From the NCBI RefSeq assembly GCF_006345805.1, contig NC_043017.1, positions 27,652,001 through 27,716,000 of the forward strand: 64,000 bases of DNA, given 5' to 3'. A program made the translations under genes and the position numbers. Under the pieces are notes generated by a model. It saw nothing but the letters and a program-made list of their open reading frames with translations. It was not told where the DNA came from and did no database searches. Below, in pieces: positions 12,961 through 26,267 of the stretch (position 1 is the stretch's first letter; every line of letters begins with the position of its first letter). Source of the stretch: Octopus sinensis. Lineage: Eukaryota.

Positions 12961-13787
12961 ATCGATAGCAATAACAACGTCAACAACAACAACCAAAATG
13001 GACAGCAGAATAGTACATTGTTAATAGTAACAGAACGCAAACCCTGCAAGCTTAGCGTCCGTCCAAAAATGGCTTTAAGTAATTATCTTTTAGCTTCGGC
13101 AACATGATGAAAATCTCCCTACAATAGATTGCTTGCTATCTCCTCTGTTTATCTTTCATCCATATTTCATTATTAATAGGGTAGAGGTTTGCCCGAAAAC
13201 GGCAAAACGTTAAACTAAATTCTATATCTAATTTTTTTTTCCATATCGACCCTAACCCATTTTTTCTTCAAATACCTTCCGGACAGACTTTTCTTGTCTT
13301 ACGTAGAACCAGAATCGATAAAATCATTACCAAAAGAGGATTTAATCGATTTTCCAACACCATTACATATCTGTACCCGCTTCTTAATCACTGTGCGTCA
13401 TATTTTAAATGACGCCGTTCGAATAATATTTAGAATCAACATTACCCAACGGAAAGTGCACGCATTAACATGTATCAAAGTTCGGTTCATGTACTGCTCA
13501 CTGCGCATCTTCTTTTCTTTTTGGCTTTTGTTTGTTTAAGGCATTAGAGTGTGGTCATGCTGCAGCATCGCTTTGAGTGGTTCTGTTGAACAAATCGACC
13601 ACTGCATATCTGTTTGTGTTATTTATCAAAACCTTCTCTTTTCCCGAAGTCATTAATTTAAGTGGGTAAACAAACCAATACTCGTCAAGCGATTGTGAGC
13701 GACTAGAACAAGACACACACACACAAGATATACACATATATATATACATACATACATACACGCACATGCATGCACACAGATACACAC

Positions 13788-13818
<31 letters not shown>

Positions 13819-13820
13819 CT

Positions 13821-13854
<34 letters not shown>

Positions 13855-14817
13855 CTTTGCAGGGTCTAGGATTAAGGTAAAAGTTTTTATTTTCCAATCA
13901 CTTTCGGAATTACAACAATTCGTCGCTTGGAGTTTTAACTGCTCTTTCTAGCGAGTCAGATATCCTATTCTTCGGGTATAGACGAATGTCTTCTACACCG
14001 ATTTGTCTATCAATTTCATTAACAAGATATTGGTTGTTCCGGGGCTTCATTCAGAGACCCCTGTTTAAGATGCCTCGCAGTGGGTCTAAACACGAAGTCA
14101 CAGAGTTTGAAAGCCAGTTCCTTAACTACCAATAGAAGAAGATCTGAAAACGGTTCTTTGTCAACCGACTTTGTTGGGAGAAGGGTAGTAATCTATAAGA
14201 AAAATTGTGAAATTTTGCATTTAATGATACGTGACAGTATTGCTTTACCAGTATTGTAGATCTGAGAATTATTTATATCCAAGCTGGATTTACACCAATA
14301 AATTGAGAACTTACAAGCAGAGACCAGCGGAGTTTTCTCTTTATCAAAGACTACAATAAGCAGTGCCCCCTCTCTGTATTGTTTCTAAACTATGAAAGCG
14401 ATGGAAACAGGTGATGAGGATTTGGCTGTTATTTCTAGGAGATGGGATTACCTTATTGTTGTTACTTCTGCGACTGATTAAAGTGTACCGCCATTAGTTT
14501 TAACATCAGTTTCTTTGCAGTGGATGTCTCATTTAAGAGTAGAGTTACAAGCTGGTAACTCGAATTTTATGTTATTACCAACAAGACATAAATATCACAT
14601 ACTGTGTTCCTCAAAGATTGGATGAACCTCTAGCAGTAATGTATCTTCCACTGATAGGGAGAAAATACAGTGACGAAACTAGACTAATTGCATTCAATAA
14701 CTGGTAATCGAATACCGCAGCAAAACTGTTGTTGCTGCAGAAGATATTATTTCTGTTTTGTTGCTGCAGTTTTTGTGCTGGTGCTGGTAGAGATGAGGGT
14801 GCTTGTTATTATATTCT

Positions 14818-15047
14818 TATTTCTTTATTGCAGACAGGGTACTAAACATAGAGGGGACAAACAAGGACAGACAAAGGAAGTAAGTCGATTACATCGACCC
14901 CAGTGCGTAACTGGTACTTATTTCATCGATCCCGAGAGGATGAAAGGCAAAGTCGACCTTGGCGGAATTTGAACTCAGAACGTAACAGCAGACGAAATAG
15001 CGCTAAGTATTTCGCCCGGCGTGCTAACGCTTCTGCCACCTCGCCTT
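14818..15047 (-). mobile_element. SINE family B
   Basis: Colinear with 10399-10631. Confidence 0.9.
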
Positions 15048-15067
15048 GTTATTATATGATGGACTAC

Positions 15068-15272
15068 AGGTGGTAATCTGGTAGAACCGTTAGTGCGTCG
15101 GACACAATGCTTAGCAGCGTTTCTTCTAGCATTTTTACGTTCTGAGTTCAAATGCACTTATGATCGACTTTGCTCTTCACTCTTTCAATATCGATAAAAT
15201 AAAGTACCAGTTGGGAAAAGAGATCGATATTATCCCCATCAAAACCGCAGGCCTGTGCAAAAAATTAGAAAG
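15068..15272 (+). mobile_element. Older SINE family B (alternative tail), head-to-head with the previous copy
   Basis: gtagaaccgttag...gttctgagttcaaat...atcgataaaataaagtaccagtt. Confidence 0.7.
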
Positions 15273-15823
15273 AATTATACAATAGACTACATTTCCGTAT
15301 TTTATAACAGTACGATGTGATTTCTAAGAGAATTGACTGCTATGTCGTGTATATCCTTCGACCTCGTAGGAGATCTCCCATTGGCTTATTATCGCCGATA
15401 TTTATTTTGGTTTTGGTGATGCTGTTGTTCAAAATTTGGTGATCTTTGATCGAGCTGAGCTATGCTCAGAAGCTTTCCAATCGTGACCATGCCGTTTGTA
15501 TATCTATTGCCACATTAATACGTCCTTTATATTTTTCAAACGATTTAGATATTTTTCCTAGCTGACCAACCATCGACATATAGTTTCCCTTGTTGTTTCT
15601 GCTGTTGTTTTTGTCCTTGCTGCAGAGATATTTTGTAGTGGTGGGGATGCGGTGTTGTGCTGTTCAGCCCCGGGTTAGTTTTTATTTAAAGAACCAATGA
15701 AACAAACATCCCGGCCGTCTTTGTATTTCACTACAATCCAATTATATGCAAAGTGAACTGCATAATTTAACAGTTACTTTCTATTTTGGAAACAGTTGCT
15801 TTTTATTCGAGGTGTATATCATT

Positions 15824-16072
15824 AATATTTTGATAGAGTAATCTAATAAGCTGGACAAGGTGTAAAGGTGTTCCCATTTCCTCCAGACATTTCTATAACT
15901 TGTCATGATCAATGCTGTCAAAGATTTTGGAGTAATCGATGAAACGCATGCACTGCTTCTTTTGGTATTCTCTGGCCTTTTCCATAATCCACCGTAGATT
16001 GGCGATGTGATCACGGGTGCCTCTTCCTTTTCTGAAACCAGGTTGCACCTCTGGCGCAATTCTCTCTCAATA
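15824..16072 (-). pseudogene. Inverted RTE reverse-transcriptase fragment
   Basis: Minus-strand translation IEREL/PEVQPGFRKGRGTRDHIANLRWIMEKAREYQKKQCMRFIDYSKIFDSIDHDKL*KCLEEMGTPLHLVQLIRLLYQN resembles the RTE/BovB RT segment QAGFRKGRGTRD...FIDY.KAFD.VDH..LW..L.EMG.P; one frameshift and one stop. Confidence 0.9.
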
Positions 16073-18472
16073 GTTCTTAAGCAGATCAGGCCGAAAATCT
16101 CGCTAGAATCTAGGATCACCAAACATAGATTGGCATTTTTCGGTCATTTTATGCGGAGAAGATCCCTGGAGAAGGACATCATGCTCGGAATGGTCAGTGG
16201 CAAGAGAGGGACAGCGAGGCTCACCAATGGAGAAGTTCTTAACCAGATAAGGTCGAAAATGTCGCTAGAAGCTAGGATCACCAAACATAGATTGGCATTT
16301 TTCGGTCATTTTATGCGGAGAAGATCCCTGGAGAAGGACATCATGCTCGGAATGGTCAGTGGCAAGAGAGGGACAGCGAGGCTCACCAATGGAGAAGTTC
16401 TTAAGCAGATCAGGCCGAAAATCTCGCTAGAATCTAGGATCACCAACATAGATTGGCATTTTTCGGTCATTTTATGCGGAGAAGATCCCTGGAGAAGGAC
16501 ATCATGCTCGGAATGGTCAGTGGCAAGAGAGGGACAGTGAGGCTCACCAATGGAGAAGTTCTTAAGCAGATCAGGCCGAAAATCTCGCTAGAATCTAGGA
16601 TCACCAAACATAGATTGGCATTTTTCGGTCATTTTATGCGGAGAAGATCCCTGGAGAAGGACATCATGCTCGGAATGGTCAGTGGCAAGAGAGGGACAGC
16701 GAGGCTCACCAATGGAGAAGTTCTTAAGCAGATCAGGCCGAAAATCTCGCTAGAATCTAGGATCACCAAACATAGATTGGCATTTTTCGGTCATTTTATG
16801 CGGAGAAAATCCCTGGAGAAGGACATCATGCTCGGATGGTCAGTGGCAAGAGAGGGACAGCGAGGCTCACCAATGGAGAAGTTCTTAAGCAGATCAGGCC
16901 GAAAATCTCGCTAGAATCTAGGATCACCAAACATAGATTGGCATTTTTCGGTCATTTTATGCGGAGAAGATCCCTGGAGAAGGACATCATGCTCGGAATG
17001 GTCAGTGGCAAGAGAGGGACAGCGAGGCTCACCAATGGAGAAGTTCTTAAGCAGATCAGGCCGAAAATCTCGCTAGAATCTAGGATCACCAAACATAGAT
17101 TGGCATTTTTCGGTCATTTTATGCGGAGAAGATCCCTGGAGAAGGACATCATGCTCGGAATGGTCAGTGGCAAGAGAGGGACAGCGAGGCTCACCAATGG
17201 AGAAGTTCTTAAGCAGATCAGGCCGAAAATCTCGCTAGAATCTAGGATCACCAAACATAGATTGGCATTTTTCGGTCATTTTATGCGGAGAAGATCCCTG
17301 GAGAAGGACATCATGCTCGGAATGGTCAGTGGCAAGAGAGGGACAGCGAGGCTCACCAATGGAGAGTTCTTAAGCAGATCAGGCCGAAAATCTCGCTAGA
17401 ATCTAGGATCACCAAACATAGATTGGCATTTTTCGGTCATTTTATGCGGAGAAGATCCCTGGGGAAGGACATCATGCTCGGAATGGTCAGTGGCAAGAGA
17501 GGGACAGCGAGGCTCACCAATGGAGAAGTTCTTAAGCAGATCAGGCCGAAAATCTCGCTAGAATCTAGGATCACCAAACATAGATTGGCATTTTTCGGTC
17601 ATTTTATGCGGAGAAGATCCCTGGAGAAGGACATCATGCTCGGAATGGTCAGTGGCAAGAGAGGGACAGCGAGGCTCAACAATGGAGAAGTTCTTAAGCA
17701 GATCAGGCCGAAAATCTCGCTAGAATCTAGGATCACCAAACATAGATTGGCATTTTTCGGTCATTTTATGCGGAGAAGATCCCTGGAGAAGGACATCATG
17801 CTCGGAATGGTCAGTGGCAAGAGAGGGACAGCGAGGCTCACCAATGGAGAAGTTCTTAAGCAGATCAGGCCGAAAATCTCGCTAGAATCTAGGATCACCA
17901 AACATAGATTGGCATTTTTCGGTCATTTTATGCGGAGAAGATCCTGGAGAAGGACATCATGCTCGGAATGGTCAGTGGCAAGAGAGGGACAGCGAGGCTC
18001 ACCAATGGAGAAGTTCTTAAGCAGATCAGGCCGAAAATCTCGCTAGAATCTAGGATCACCAAACATAGATTGGCATTTTTCGGTCATTTTATCCGGAGAA
18101 GATCCCTGGAGAAGGACATCATGCTCGGAATGGTCAGTGGCAAGAGAGGGACAGCGAGGCTCACCAATGGAGAAGTTCTTAACCAGATAAGGTCGAAAAT
18201 CTCGCTAGAATCTAGGATCACCAAACATAGATTGGCATTTTTCGGTCATATTATGCGGAGAAGATCCCTGGAGAAGGACATCATGCTCGGAATGGTCAGT
18301 GGCAAGAGAGGGACAGCGAGGCTCACCAATGGAGAAGTTCTTAACCAGATAAGGTCGAAAATCTCGCTAGAATCTAGGATCACCAAACATAGATTGGCAT
18401 TTTTCGGTCATTTTATGCGGAGAAGATCCCTGGAGAAGGACATCATGCTCGGAATGGTCAGTGACAAGAGAG
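16073..18472 (+). repeat. 15 tandem copies of a 162-bp (54-codon) RTE-derived unit
   Basis: Unit starts at 16073, 16235, 16397, 16558, 16720, 16881, 17043, 17205, 17366, 17528, 17690, 17852, 18013, 18175, 18337; peptide VLKQIRPKISLESRITKHRLAFFGHFMRRRSLEKDIMLGMVSGKRGTARLTNGE; four 1-bp deletions. Confidence 0.97.
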
Positions 18473-19586
18473 GAAGAGGCCGACCAAGAACCCGCTGGCT
18501 TCACACTATCAAGTGTGATAACGGAATGGACATAGCCAATCTGAAAGAAGCGGCCCAGGATAGAACTGACTGGAGGACACTGATCCAACGAGTAACCGAG
18601 AGGCGACTTCGACTGAGCGGATAGATAGATAGATAGTATATCATTGCTATATCTTGCATGCAGATCGACATCGCAAACACTTATCTGTAGTCTTGGTTTA
18701 AATATTATAACATGACTCAAGAGGCATCTACACTTAAGAGATTGTATGGAGTCTAAGATAAGTTACATAATACAGAATTATTACGAAATATGTCATATAT
18801 TCAGAAATATATCTTGAAAAGATCGATAACATCTCAGAAACTGACATTAAAATTACAAAAAATTAGTGTTCCGTTACCACTTAACCATTTCAAATGCCAT
18901 TAATGGTGTAAGGTTTATGAATTGGCTTCGATTAGTATAACTATTAGAAAGTTTTAGATTCAGATCGCTAAGATCTTAAACTACAAAATCATGAATGACA
19001 TTTACTGTACTACATTTAAATGTTCTGATATTTCTGAGAAGTTACATGGCTATATTTTTCTATACTAGTCATTCTATCTTAAGACGTGGATGTTTTTCTT
19101 TCTTTCACCATTTTTCTTTTCAGTTACAGATAGGAAATGTAAATATATAAGATGCTATAGGGGTGATTCGATGCTGAGGAAAAAAAAAATGTAAATTTTA
19201 GCTTTAAAATGCATAACTATGTAACTTATATTCACTTACTGCCTGCTATTTTTTTTTAGTATTAAATCGCATTTATTCATATTGATGTTGTGAGACATAG
19301 TCGCAGAAACTTGACATTCACCACCGTTGTGATCAAAAATAAATGAATTGCAGTATATTCTCCTTCCATGTATCGTTGCAACCAAAACAATGCGATAATA
19401 AAAACTGTTGTTTTGTTGTTGTTGCTGATTTTTGAGGTAGTGATGACGGTGTTGGTTGTGTTGGGGGTAATTCCGACTTTGTTGTTTTGGTGGTCGTGGT
19501 GGTGGTTAAGTTCAGTTGTTTTGCGCCAAAGTATCAGGTAAATAATCAATGTAGCGTGAAAAGCGGGTGAACGTAATTGAAACACA

Positions 19587-19994
19587 GGCGCAGGAGTGGC
19601 TGTGTGGTAAGTAGCTTGCTAACAAACCACATGGTTCCGGGTTCAGTCCCAATGCGTGGCCTCTTGGGCAAATGTCTTCTGCTATAGCCCCGGACCGACC
19701 AATGCCTTGTGAGTGGATTAGGTAGGTGGAAACTGAAACAAGCCCGTCGTATATATATATATATATATATGTGTGTGTATGTGTTTGTGTGTCTGTGTTT
19801 GTCCCCTAGCATTGCTTCACAACCGATGCTGGTGTGTTTACGTCCCCGTCACTTAGCGGTTCGGCAAAAGAGACCAATAACATACGTACTGTGCTTACAA
19901 AGAATAAGTCCCGGGGTCGATTTGCTCGACTAAATGCAGTGCTCCAGCATGGCCGCAGTCAGATGACTGAAATAAATGAGAGTAAAAAGAGAGT
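19587..19994 (+). mobile_element. SINE family A, full length
   Basis: Colinear with 742-1164. Confidence 0.9.
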
Positions 19995-20169
19995 GAATAT
20001 GGGTTAATCAAATAGTATTCAGCAGAAATACAAGCATATATGCATACACACACGCACAAGGACGCACAAACACACTCACACTCACTCACACACACACATA
20101 TGCACATTTTTTCACCAAATTTACCTCAGTCACAAAAAATTGGAAGGAATTGAACTTCAGTCAAGGTAG

Positions 20170-20600
20170 TTCACTAGATTTCTGAGATAATGGTTTCAAA
20201 TATTGGGACAAAGCCAGCAATTTCGCGAAAGGGTGGTATACAGATTACTTCGACACCTGTACACAACTGGTACGTATTTCATTGACCCCGAAAGGTATGA
20301 ATGACAAAGTCGTCACCCAGAACTCAAAGAAGGGCACCAGGCCGCTAACTAATTTGCTCAGTGACCCCCTCCCCCACCTTATCTCTGGGATAATATTGAT
20401 TTCAAAATTTGCCATGGGGTCACCAGTTTCGGAGTAAGTACTGAATTGGTATTTATTTAATTGATGCGGAATGAATGAAAGGCAAAGTCGACCTCGGCGG
20501 AATTTGAACGCAGAACGTAAACACAGACGAAATATCTCTAACCATTTTCCCCAGTATACAAACGATTCGTTTTACTCCCCGCCTTATCTCTGAGAAATTA
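20170..20600 (-). mobile_element. Two tandem degenerate family B SINEs
   Basis: Two sets of ctggta..tattt..ttga....gaa...atgaa.g.caaagtcg motifs; flanked and separated by ttatctctg(g/a)ga motifs. Confidence 0.65.
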
Positions 20601-20624
20601 CTAACATATATTTATGCTTGGCTA

Positions 20625-20855
20625 AGGCGGCGAGCTGGCAGAAACGTTAGCACGTCGGGCGAAATGCTTAGCGGTATTTCGTCTGCCGTTACGTTCCGAG
20701 TTCAAATTCCGCCGAGGTCGACTTTGCCTTTCATCCTTTCGGGGTCGATAAATTAAGTACCTGTTACGCACTGGGGTCGATGTAATCGACTTAATACCTA
20801 TGTCTGTCCTTGTTTGTCCCCTCTGTGTTTAGCTCCTTGTGGGTAGTAAAAAAAT
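20625..20855 (+). mobile_element. SINE family B, young
   Basis: Full length; TSD atatatttatg(c/t)ttggcta at 20606-20624 and 20856-20874. Confidence 0.92.
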
Positions 20856-21642
20856 ATATATTTATGTTTGGCTATATTTACACTCGTATAAATAATGTAA
20901 ATATCTCGTAATTACATGTATTTGCGTGGGTATATGCTATGTATGCCTGTCTATGCCAGATAGAACCAAGCCTTTCAATGTATGTGATCATTCTATTAAA
21001 CTCTCTAATGGAGAGAATCCTAGCAATGATTTGCAGATCTTCCCTATACCACTAATAGATTAGATTTGAAGAATGGAATTTTGAATGTTTTGTCCTATTT
21101 GGGAAGGTTTGACATTTCCAGGCTTTTATGTAAATCAATTCTAATACAGTGTTTATGCACTGATGATAAGTGTACAAATGGGAATCTGTAGCCGTGTTAC
21201 GAAAGCTCTCTGTTTTGTATTGCTTCATCATAAATGTTCTCCTTTTCTACAACTGTAGACGAGGAAGTTACATTCGCTGGTTAAGTATAGTTTTGTTCCC
21301 TGCTCATAACAAAAATAACAAAAAAACTACCAGGTCTGTTTAGTCTTGAGCAAGATTTTCCATATCACGTTGCTCTACGATCTCTTCCACTACTAACGTG
21401 GAGCACACCGACCAGGTATACACACACACACACATATATATAGTATAGCTTCGGCGCGAGGCTATAGTAGAAGACACTTGCCGAAGGCATCACGCAGCAG
21501 CAGTGATTCTGGAACCATGAGGTTCGAAAGCAAGTTTCTTACCACACAAGTTATGTAATTAATTGTGATAAAACCATAACAAGGGTCGAAAACTTATTAA
21601 AGCTGTTCATAATTTATGTTCTACCTACATGTCTGTGTGTGT

Positions 21643-22075
21643 GTGTGTGGTAAGAAGCTTGATTCACGACCACATTGTACCAGGTTCAGTCCCACTGCAT
21701 GGTGCCTTGGGTAATTGATTTCAACAATAGCCTGGGGCCGACCAATCCCTTGTGAGTGGATTTGGTAGACTGAAACTGAAAGAAGCCTGTCGTATATGTG
21801 TGTGTGAGAGAGAGTCTATGTATGTTTGTATGTGTGTGTGTGTTTGTGTGTATGTATGTATGTGTCACTGTGTGTGTCCCCCACCACTACTTGACAGGGG
21901 GTGTTGGTGTGTTCACGTCTCTGTGACTTTAGCCTTCAATCAAAAATAAAGTTAGAATAACTACTATCAATCGTAAAAACAATTACGTGCTAGGGGGTAT
22001 CGCGTCGATTAAAAAACTTTGAAGGCGGTGCCCCAACATGGCCGCATTCTAATGAATGAAACAAGCAAAGGATAA
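21643..22075 (+). mobile_element. Older SINE family A
   Basis: ggttcagtcccactgcatggtgccttggg...gtgagtggatttggtagac...ggcggtgccccaacatggccgca. Confidence 0.8.
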
Positions 22076-22388
22076 ACTAAATTTAGCACCGTATACTCTG
22101 AGTACAAACTCATGACACGTGACATGGACACATACTCACTTGCTGGTGTGTGTGTGTATATATGTAAGTTTGCTTAGAATTTCGGGGAAAACATTCACAG
22201 CACATTTTTAACTTCGATCGTTTTAACTTATTGATTTTCCCCCTCGGTGTGTATATATATATATATATATATATGCACATCTTTGTATACGCATGAATGT
22301 GTGTGCAATCGTGGTATAGATAAATGTATGTGTATTCCTTATCGGTGTCTGGTGCATCTGTCTTCGTGTGTGCGTAGTGGTATATGTT

Positions 22389-22420
<32 letters not shown>

Positions 22421-22709
22421 GCAGTGTTCTCTTGTTGCACCTCGCTCTTCTCCCTACCAAACACCCGCCCTTTTCCCTCTTCTTATCTAACCACATCTCC
22501 ATACACCCCCCCCCCCCCACCGCCATATCACAAACCTTCCACCACTTACTGCTTCACTTCCTGTTGTTGTTGCTTCTGCTGCAGCTCATGTATTTGCGTC
22601 TTACCGAAATGCACCTTCCTCTGCCCCTCTCCCTTTCCCCTCTCACTACCTCTTCCTGTCTCCTGCTCTTCGTTTCTCCTTCTCCCCCTCTCCTTTACCC
22701 TCCATATCC

Positions 22710-23530
22710 ATATATACATATACACACTCACATGTACATATATACACACTCACATATTCATATATACACACTCACATGCATATATACACTCACATGCATA
22801 TATACACACTCACATATGCATATATACACACTCACATATGCATATATACACACTCACATATACATAAATACACACTCACATATATATACACACTGACATA
22901 TACATATATACACTCACATATACATAAATACACATCCACATATACATATATACACACTCACATATACATAAATACACACTCACATATACATAAATACACA
23001 CTCACATATACATATATACACACTGACATATACATATATATACACACATATATACATACTCACATATATATATATACATATACACACTCACACATATATT
23101 TATGTCTGTCTCCTTCCCTCTTTCTTTTCCATCTTTTCTCTCACTTTTCTGTACCATCATCTCTTTATCACACCCCTCTTATTTTCTCTTCCACTCCTTC
23201 ACTCTCTCTCTCTCTCTCTCTCTCCACTTACTGTTCTCTCCATTTCACCTTCCTCTCCCTCTCTTTCACTCACCCTATATACATACACATTCAGACAAAC
23301 ACCCACACGCACAATCATTTAGCTCACCCTCGCTCCTATCTCTCAATGTTTCATATGCTTATCTCTCTTTCGCTCCTTGCACTCCTGCTATTCTTCATCT
23401 CCACTCCACTCTCTCCTCCTTCTCTCTTTCCCTCTTTCTCTGCATGCTCTTTGATTCCTACCCATTCTCTCTCTTTCTCCCTACCTCTCATCTCCATCTA
23501 TTTCCTTTTCCTTTTCCTTACCGCATGTCG
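22710..23530. repeat. (CA/TA) minisatellite (tatatacacactcacata units) followed by a CT-rich tract
   Basis: Direct reading. Confidence 0.9.
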
Positions 23531-23916
23531 TCTTTTATAGCTGCTAAATCAGACGTAGTTTATTTTCAATGGGTTGTTCTCTCTCTCTTTCTCTCAGTTC
23601 TACTTTCACTTTCAGACTTATTTGACATTCGTTAGTACTCTATTTGTTTCTCCCTTACTACCTAATCCCCACCACTATTAATTTCATCCTCTAACTCTTT
23701 CCTCCTATCTCTAAATTCCAATGCCTCCCCTTTCAAGTTACGTATATTCCTCTCCCTGCGTCGGTTTCTGTCTTTCTGATTCTCCCCTCATATATATATA
23801 TGTGTGTGTGTGTGTGCATCGTTAACCAGATAGAGGAGAGGTCCTCTTCGGGTCAAGAAGTAGCAGTAAAGTCCGTTTGAGAGGACAGCCATGTTGAAGT
23901 GGCTACGAAACATTAC

Positions 23917-23980
<64 letters not shown>

Positions 23981-23992
23981 CACCACACATAT

Positions 23993-24029
<37 letters not shown>

Positions 24030-25181
24030 CACATACATCTATACACACATGTATGTATATATATATAATATATATATATATATACACACATACATCTATA
24101 CACACATGTATGTATATATATATTTATATAAATATACACACACATATGTCTTGTTCTCTTTGTCAATCTCCGCCATGTTTCTACCCGACCGGTTTCCCAT
24201 TATGCATTGCGAAGCCACTCCCGCTACTTTTCTCTCAACATATGGCAGCTTCTGATCATTTTGCTGCACATTATTCCAATATGTCTACTAATGTTACTAT
24301 TCAAGCTATTTTTACCTACTCCTGTCAACGACTATTCCATCAACATTACCGACTTTCTCTTTCACCTCCTCCCCTATTGTGCTGTCGATTTACCCATCCT
24401 ACCTTTTTACTCCTACTACTACTACTACAGCTGCTGCTAATACTTCTACTACTACTACTACTACTTATAATAATAATATTAAAGATGATAATAATAATAA
24501 TAATAATAATAACGATGATAATAATAATAAAGATGATGATAATAATAATAATAATATTAAAGATGATGATAATAATAATAATAATATCAAAGATGATGAT
24601 AAAAATAATAATATCAAAGATGATGATAATAATAATAATATAATATCAAAGATGATGATAATAATAATAATAATAACAGCATTAATATCAATAAAGAGGA
24701 GTAGGAAGAGAAGATAAGAGGTGTATAGCGATGAGGATGATGATGATGAATTCTAGATTAATCTCTATATCATGCATTGTTGGGGAGGGAACTATTGATC
24801 ATATAGATTTTAGTTCTTGACTAGTAAGTTATTTTATCGATCCCGGAATTGTAAAAGCGAAAATTGACCTCGTCAGGATTTGAACGCAAAACATACAATA
24901 AATAAAAAAAGATTTAAATAAATATTGATTTTTTTTTTTTTAATCATAGACAAGAACTCACACTTTTGGAGATTTGAATATCGCGGATCATTATTCCAGT
25001 ATATGATTCATGCTTCTTGAAACGATAGAATGAATGAAAGGCAAAGTGACCTTAAAGGAAATTGAACTCAAGGGATATATTTTAATACTTCAAAGTATTG
25101 TCTCCCGTTCTACCTAGGCGAAAAAAGTAAACAAATCAATAATCTATCGCATTCTATATCCAGTATATAGATCCAGGAAAC

Positions 25182-25412
25182 AAGGCGGCGAGCTAGCAGA
25201 ACCGTTAGCACGCTGGGCGAAATGCGTAACCGTATTTCGTCTGCCGTTACGTTCTGAGTTCAAATTCTGCCGAGGTCGACTTTGTCTTTCATCCTTTCGG
25301 GGTCGATAAATAAAGTACCAGTTACGCACTGGGGTCGATGTAATCGACTTAATTCGTTTGTCTGTCCTTGTTTGTCCCCTCTATGTTTAGCCCCTTGTGG
25401 GTAATAAAGAAA
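25182..25412 (+). mobile_element. SINE family B, young
   Basis: Full length; TSD-like atatagatccag(g/t)aaac on both sides. Confidence 0.92.
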
Positions 25413-26014
25413 CATATAGATCCAGTAAACCGATTATTGTATAGTGGAGACATGTAAGCCATTCAGTGATCCCATAGTTTACTTCTAGTATTGTTTGTCT
25501 GTGCATAAATATATATAGTGCAAAACGAATGATGTTGGAGTTTGACATTCAGACTTATTAAATAGCATAGGGCAATTCAGTTCCAGGCTACAACGCTTCT
25601 GTAAGCAGCCCTGCAGGATATAGATATAATATCGAACGAGCAAGTTGTAGGGTTTTCTCTGGTTTAACGCAAATTGCTGAATTTCTCTCAAATCACACGT
25701 TAAGAACTCTGTTAAGAAAGATAAAGCACATATTAGGACTGCAATCTTGAAGTGGAGCTTCTTAAGTCAAATATCGTACGGAGTGTAAAACTGTCATTCT
25801 TACCTTTTGCTGTGGCTCTCGAAATGCAGTGATTTTCGTAATTTCGTGTGATTAATGATTAATCTGCCTTTTTTTCAGAAATATCTTATTACCTCGCGTA
25901 TCACATTCGTTTGTAATTTTTAACCGTTGATTATACACTCACTCATCTATCTATCTCTCCCCACCTCTGTGTGTATATATATATATATATACACCTCGCT
26001 GATATAAATATTTC

Positions 26015-26089
26015 AATTACCTGAAGATTGACTGTAACCATAACTCGAATTATTACGAATTGGACAGCCATGAAACGATCGTAGTGTTT
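26015..26089 (+). ncRNA. Degenerate hammerhead-like motif with long stem II
   Basis: CUGAAGA 26021-26027; tgactgt...acagcca stem; GAAA 26072-26075; perfect palindrome ACGATCGT 26075-26082; GUA triplet; imperfect stem I aattac / gtgttt. Confidence 0.5.
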
Positions 26090-26216
26090 TACTCATTATC
26101 TTTTATTAAACTTTTAATACTTTTGATTTATATTTAAAATAATATAATTAATTAATTTTATGTATTGGCTTAAGTTTTTCATTGTTTGATTTGCCTAATA
26201 GTGGTTTTATCTCTAA

Positions 26217-26264
<48 letters not shown>

Positions 26265-26267
<3 letters not shown>

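Larger units (their letters stand above)
15824..18635 (+). mobile_element. RTE-clade LINE insertion, 5'-truncated, 5'-inverted, with internal 15x tandem amplification
   Basis: TSD GTATATCATT at 15814-15823 and 18636-18645; RTE-like C-terminus GRGRPRTRWLHTIK...AQDRTDWRTLIQRVTERRLRLSG* ending 18624; (GATA)4 tail 18620-18635. Confidence 0.9.

Noticed and set aside
16073-18472. Array read as a CRISPR or as a novel repeat-protein gene
   Set aside because: There are no spacers or cas genes, and the unit is RTE LINE coding sequence inside a TSD-bounded insertion.
21259-21279. Possible 21-nt microexon
   Set aside because: The donor GTTAAG is poor.
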